Shown piece after piece: positions 45,093-47,478 of a stretch of DNA of 47,478 nucleotides. Each line of letters starts with the position of its first letter. Within the stretch, counting starts at the first letter, position 1. This stretch comes from Psammoneis japonica (Eukaryota). Both the position numbers and the translations under genes were made by a program. Location: assembly GCA_008632985.1 (NCBI GenBank), contig QPGO01000089.1:310001-357478 (forward strand), read 5' to 3'. The notes below the pieces were generated by a model. The model had not been told where the DNA came from and did not search any database. It saw only the letters and a program-made list of their open reading frames with translations.

Positions 45093-47478
45093 ATGGTCAA
45101 ACGAGGACTTATCTCTTCCTCTTCACGTGAGGACCTCGACAAGCTCGCAAAGGACTTGTTACTCGTGGAAAACCGGTATGATCCAGTTCACACTGGCCTC
45201 GACGCAAAGCAGTTGAGGCGGGCTTTCAAATTACCGGTACGCAAGCGCACGGAACTCCCAGCATCGGTCGCTACGCCTCTGATCTTGAGGCACGCTTTTG
45301 TTTACACGGACGAGAATGGCGATGAGCGTATGGTTACAAAGAAAGCAACAAAAAGTGGTGTTAAAACGGAGAAGGTGTTCGTCGAGGACGGGGATTACGA
45401 AGACTTGATGAATGCCGTTATGAATGACCCCGCGGAATGGGTGCCTCGCGACGATCAAGGCAATGTCGCGGGATTAGAAAACAATTACGAAAGAGAGTTC
45501 GGCTCATATATTGAAACTCACGTTGCCAACATCCAAGCTCAAGTTGCAGAAAAGTGGTTGAACGGTGAGCGCAAGAAGGAAGTGAAAAGACTGGTCGGCA
45601 TCATCAAGGACAGGGAGAAGGAAGTAAGTATACGCGCATATGAATTTGTTTAAATGGCATGACACTGTATGTTTCTATGCTTTTCTAACTTGTTGTTTTC
45701 TTTCCTTGCAACTTGTTCCTCATCTCTATCGTCGTACCGCGGCATCTACTACACAGCGGACCGTACCGGCACGGGTGCAAGAGACTCGTTCGAGTACCGA
45801 CGATGAACAGTTGCCGGTGAGTACATATTGTTATATTGTACTTTAGCATGCACGCCGTGTGATACTTTGTGGCGTTCTATCCACTTGTGTGCTGACTTAT
45901 TCATTTTGTATTCCGTTTCTAAATTGAACTCTCCGCAGATTGTATCATCTTCCGAGTCGACGGCGGTACCACGCACTGGTCGCACTGGTGCTCCTTCCGT
46001 AGCTACGGGCGCCGTTCCAACTGAAGTTGTTGCGTCCGTTCTGGCTGGTGCTGCTGGCCAAGGAACGGGGGTCAACATCACCATTAATCAATATCAAGGC
46101 GAAAACACCATTAATCAATATCAAGGCGAAAACATGCATGTCGGCGACAACATCAGCAGCGACGCCGCTCCAACCAGCACTGACGGTCGCAACGCCGCTC
46201 CATCCAGTACTGACGGTAGCAGCGCCGCTCCATCCAGTACTTCTGACGGTAGCAACGCCGCTCCAACCAGCACCGACGGTGGTGACCGCACTCCTAGTTG
46301 GGTGGAACGAATCTTGGAGGGACAGGAACTCCAAGGCAAACGAATCGTGGCGGAACAGGGTCGCCAAGGCGAACGAATCTTGGCGGAACAGGGTCGAGTC
46401 TTGGCAGAACAGGGACGCCGAGGCGAACGAATCTTGGCGGAACAGGAACGCCAAGGCGTGCAGCTAAGCGAGGTGCACAAACAGGCGACTACCAAGAAGC
46501 CGCCTGCTAGTGCCAGTCGCTACAACCATCATACCCCCGAAGATACTTCGCGGTACCAAAATGATGTATCCTCTCCACAGTAAGTTTCCGAGATTGTTTC
46601 TTTTTGTCACTTTGCGATTACAGTCATTAATTGTTGTGACTTGCTTGTTTCTCATGTGTTGTTGGCAGGCGCAAGGAGGAGCCCTCGGTGCCCCATCAAA
46701 GCAGCGTCCGCGAAGAACCGGCCCCTCGGACGAAGCTGGAATACGACGAGATTACGTTGGTCTTTCAGGAGAAGGAGATGGAAACCCCTATCGCGCTTCA
46801 TCCCGATGACACATTTCAAGGCGTTTTTCACCGGTACAATAAAGGGCGAATTGATGTTAAGGTGGACAAGTTCATCTTCAAGTATGACGGACACGAAATC
46901 GAACCAACCGAAACACCAAGAAGCTTAGACATGGAAGATGGATTCGTCATTGATGTGGAATTGAAGAAAGGCGTCTGCAAAGACGCGCCCATTGAGCTTC
47001 TCGACTCCTCCAGCGACGAGAATGAAGATGCCCCACCAATGGAGGACAAGGCCCTCCCCACTTTTTGTTGCTTGCGTGAGAACTGCAAGCATCCGTTTCT
47101 GGGGCACGAACCTCACGAGTGCCACGAAGAGGGTTGCACCCTGCAAATCCACCACCTTTGTGCCAGTGAGAAAAACCTAACTAGCAAAGATCATGACCTG
47201 GAAGTGTATTGCTGCATGGAGCACAAGCTCTCCGCGGAGCGCAAGAAGGAAGAGCGCAAGGAGCAACAACGCGAGAAGCAAGAGCTCTCTTGCGAAAACA
47301 AACCAAAGGCAGACAGTCCTGCTGATTTTGTCTCTGGAGCAACGGCGGTGTCTGGAAATGATAGACGCCTTGTCGTTACAGCGCCGCCTAAGTTTGACGT
47401 AGATTCGAAGCCCACTTCGAGTTCGAAGGGTAGAACGCTCGTCGATATGGTATGTGGTTTTCTTTTCATATTTTCTCT
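45093..47478 (+). CDS. Paralog of the SUMO-like-domain/zinc-finger gene (runs off the window; intron-1 acceptor altered)
   Basis: Exons 45093-45623, ~45730-45816, 45939-46579 and 46669-47449. Exon 4 reads FIFKYDGHEIEPTETPRSLDMEDGFVIDV (SUMO-like), then FCCLRENC...IHHLC. The acceptor ctctag (13876-13881) is ctctat here (45724-45729). Confidence 0.7.

Noticed and set aside
1..47478. tRNA, rRNA or prokaryotic operon/defence-system features
   Set aside because: None recognised; the window is intron-containing eukaryotic DNA.

Overview
Eukaryotic genomic DNA with GT-AG introns, diatom-type (CoDi-like) Ty1/copia pol motifs and diatom-style ankyrin-like genes; most likely a pennate diatom (inference). 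The gene-rich left part (1-18.4 kb) holds a ureide permease, two ankyrin-like genes, a large UBA/RING/MIB-HERC2 E3-ligase-like gene, a spliced SUMO-like-domain/zinc-finger gene and a frameshifted class-3 lipase. From about 18.4 to 44.6 kb lies a nest of transposons: a copia element interrupted by a DNA-transposon family with GAC...GTC ends and 4-bp TSDs, which is itself interrupted by a foldback element, plus a ~4 kb tandem duplication. A second copy of the E3 plus SUMO-like gene block follows. The main observation is a regional, two-stranded hypermutation signature confined to about 2.65-5.4 kb and 18.5-44.6 kb. Besides ordinary CpG->TpG/CpA decay, TpA has been converted to TpG or CpA (A->G after T, on either strand), turning Tyr codons into Cys or His; the copia RT YVDD now reads CVDN. 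Intact versus mutated copies inside the window give the direction. It is the opposite of fungal RIP, spares homologous copies outside the domains, and acted again after the local tandem duplication. It is a candidate undescribed, repeat-domain-targeted A-to-G genome-defence or mutator process. All alignments were done by eye.
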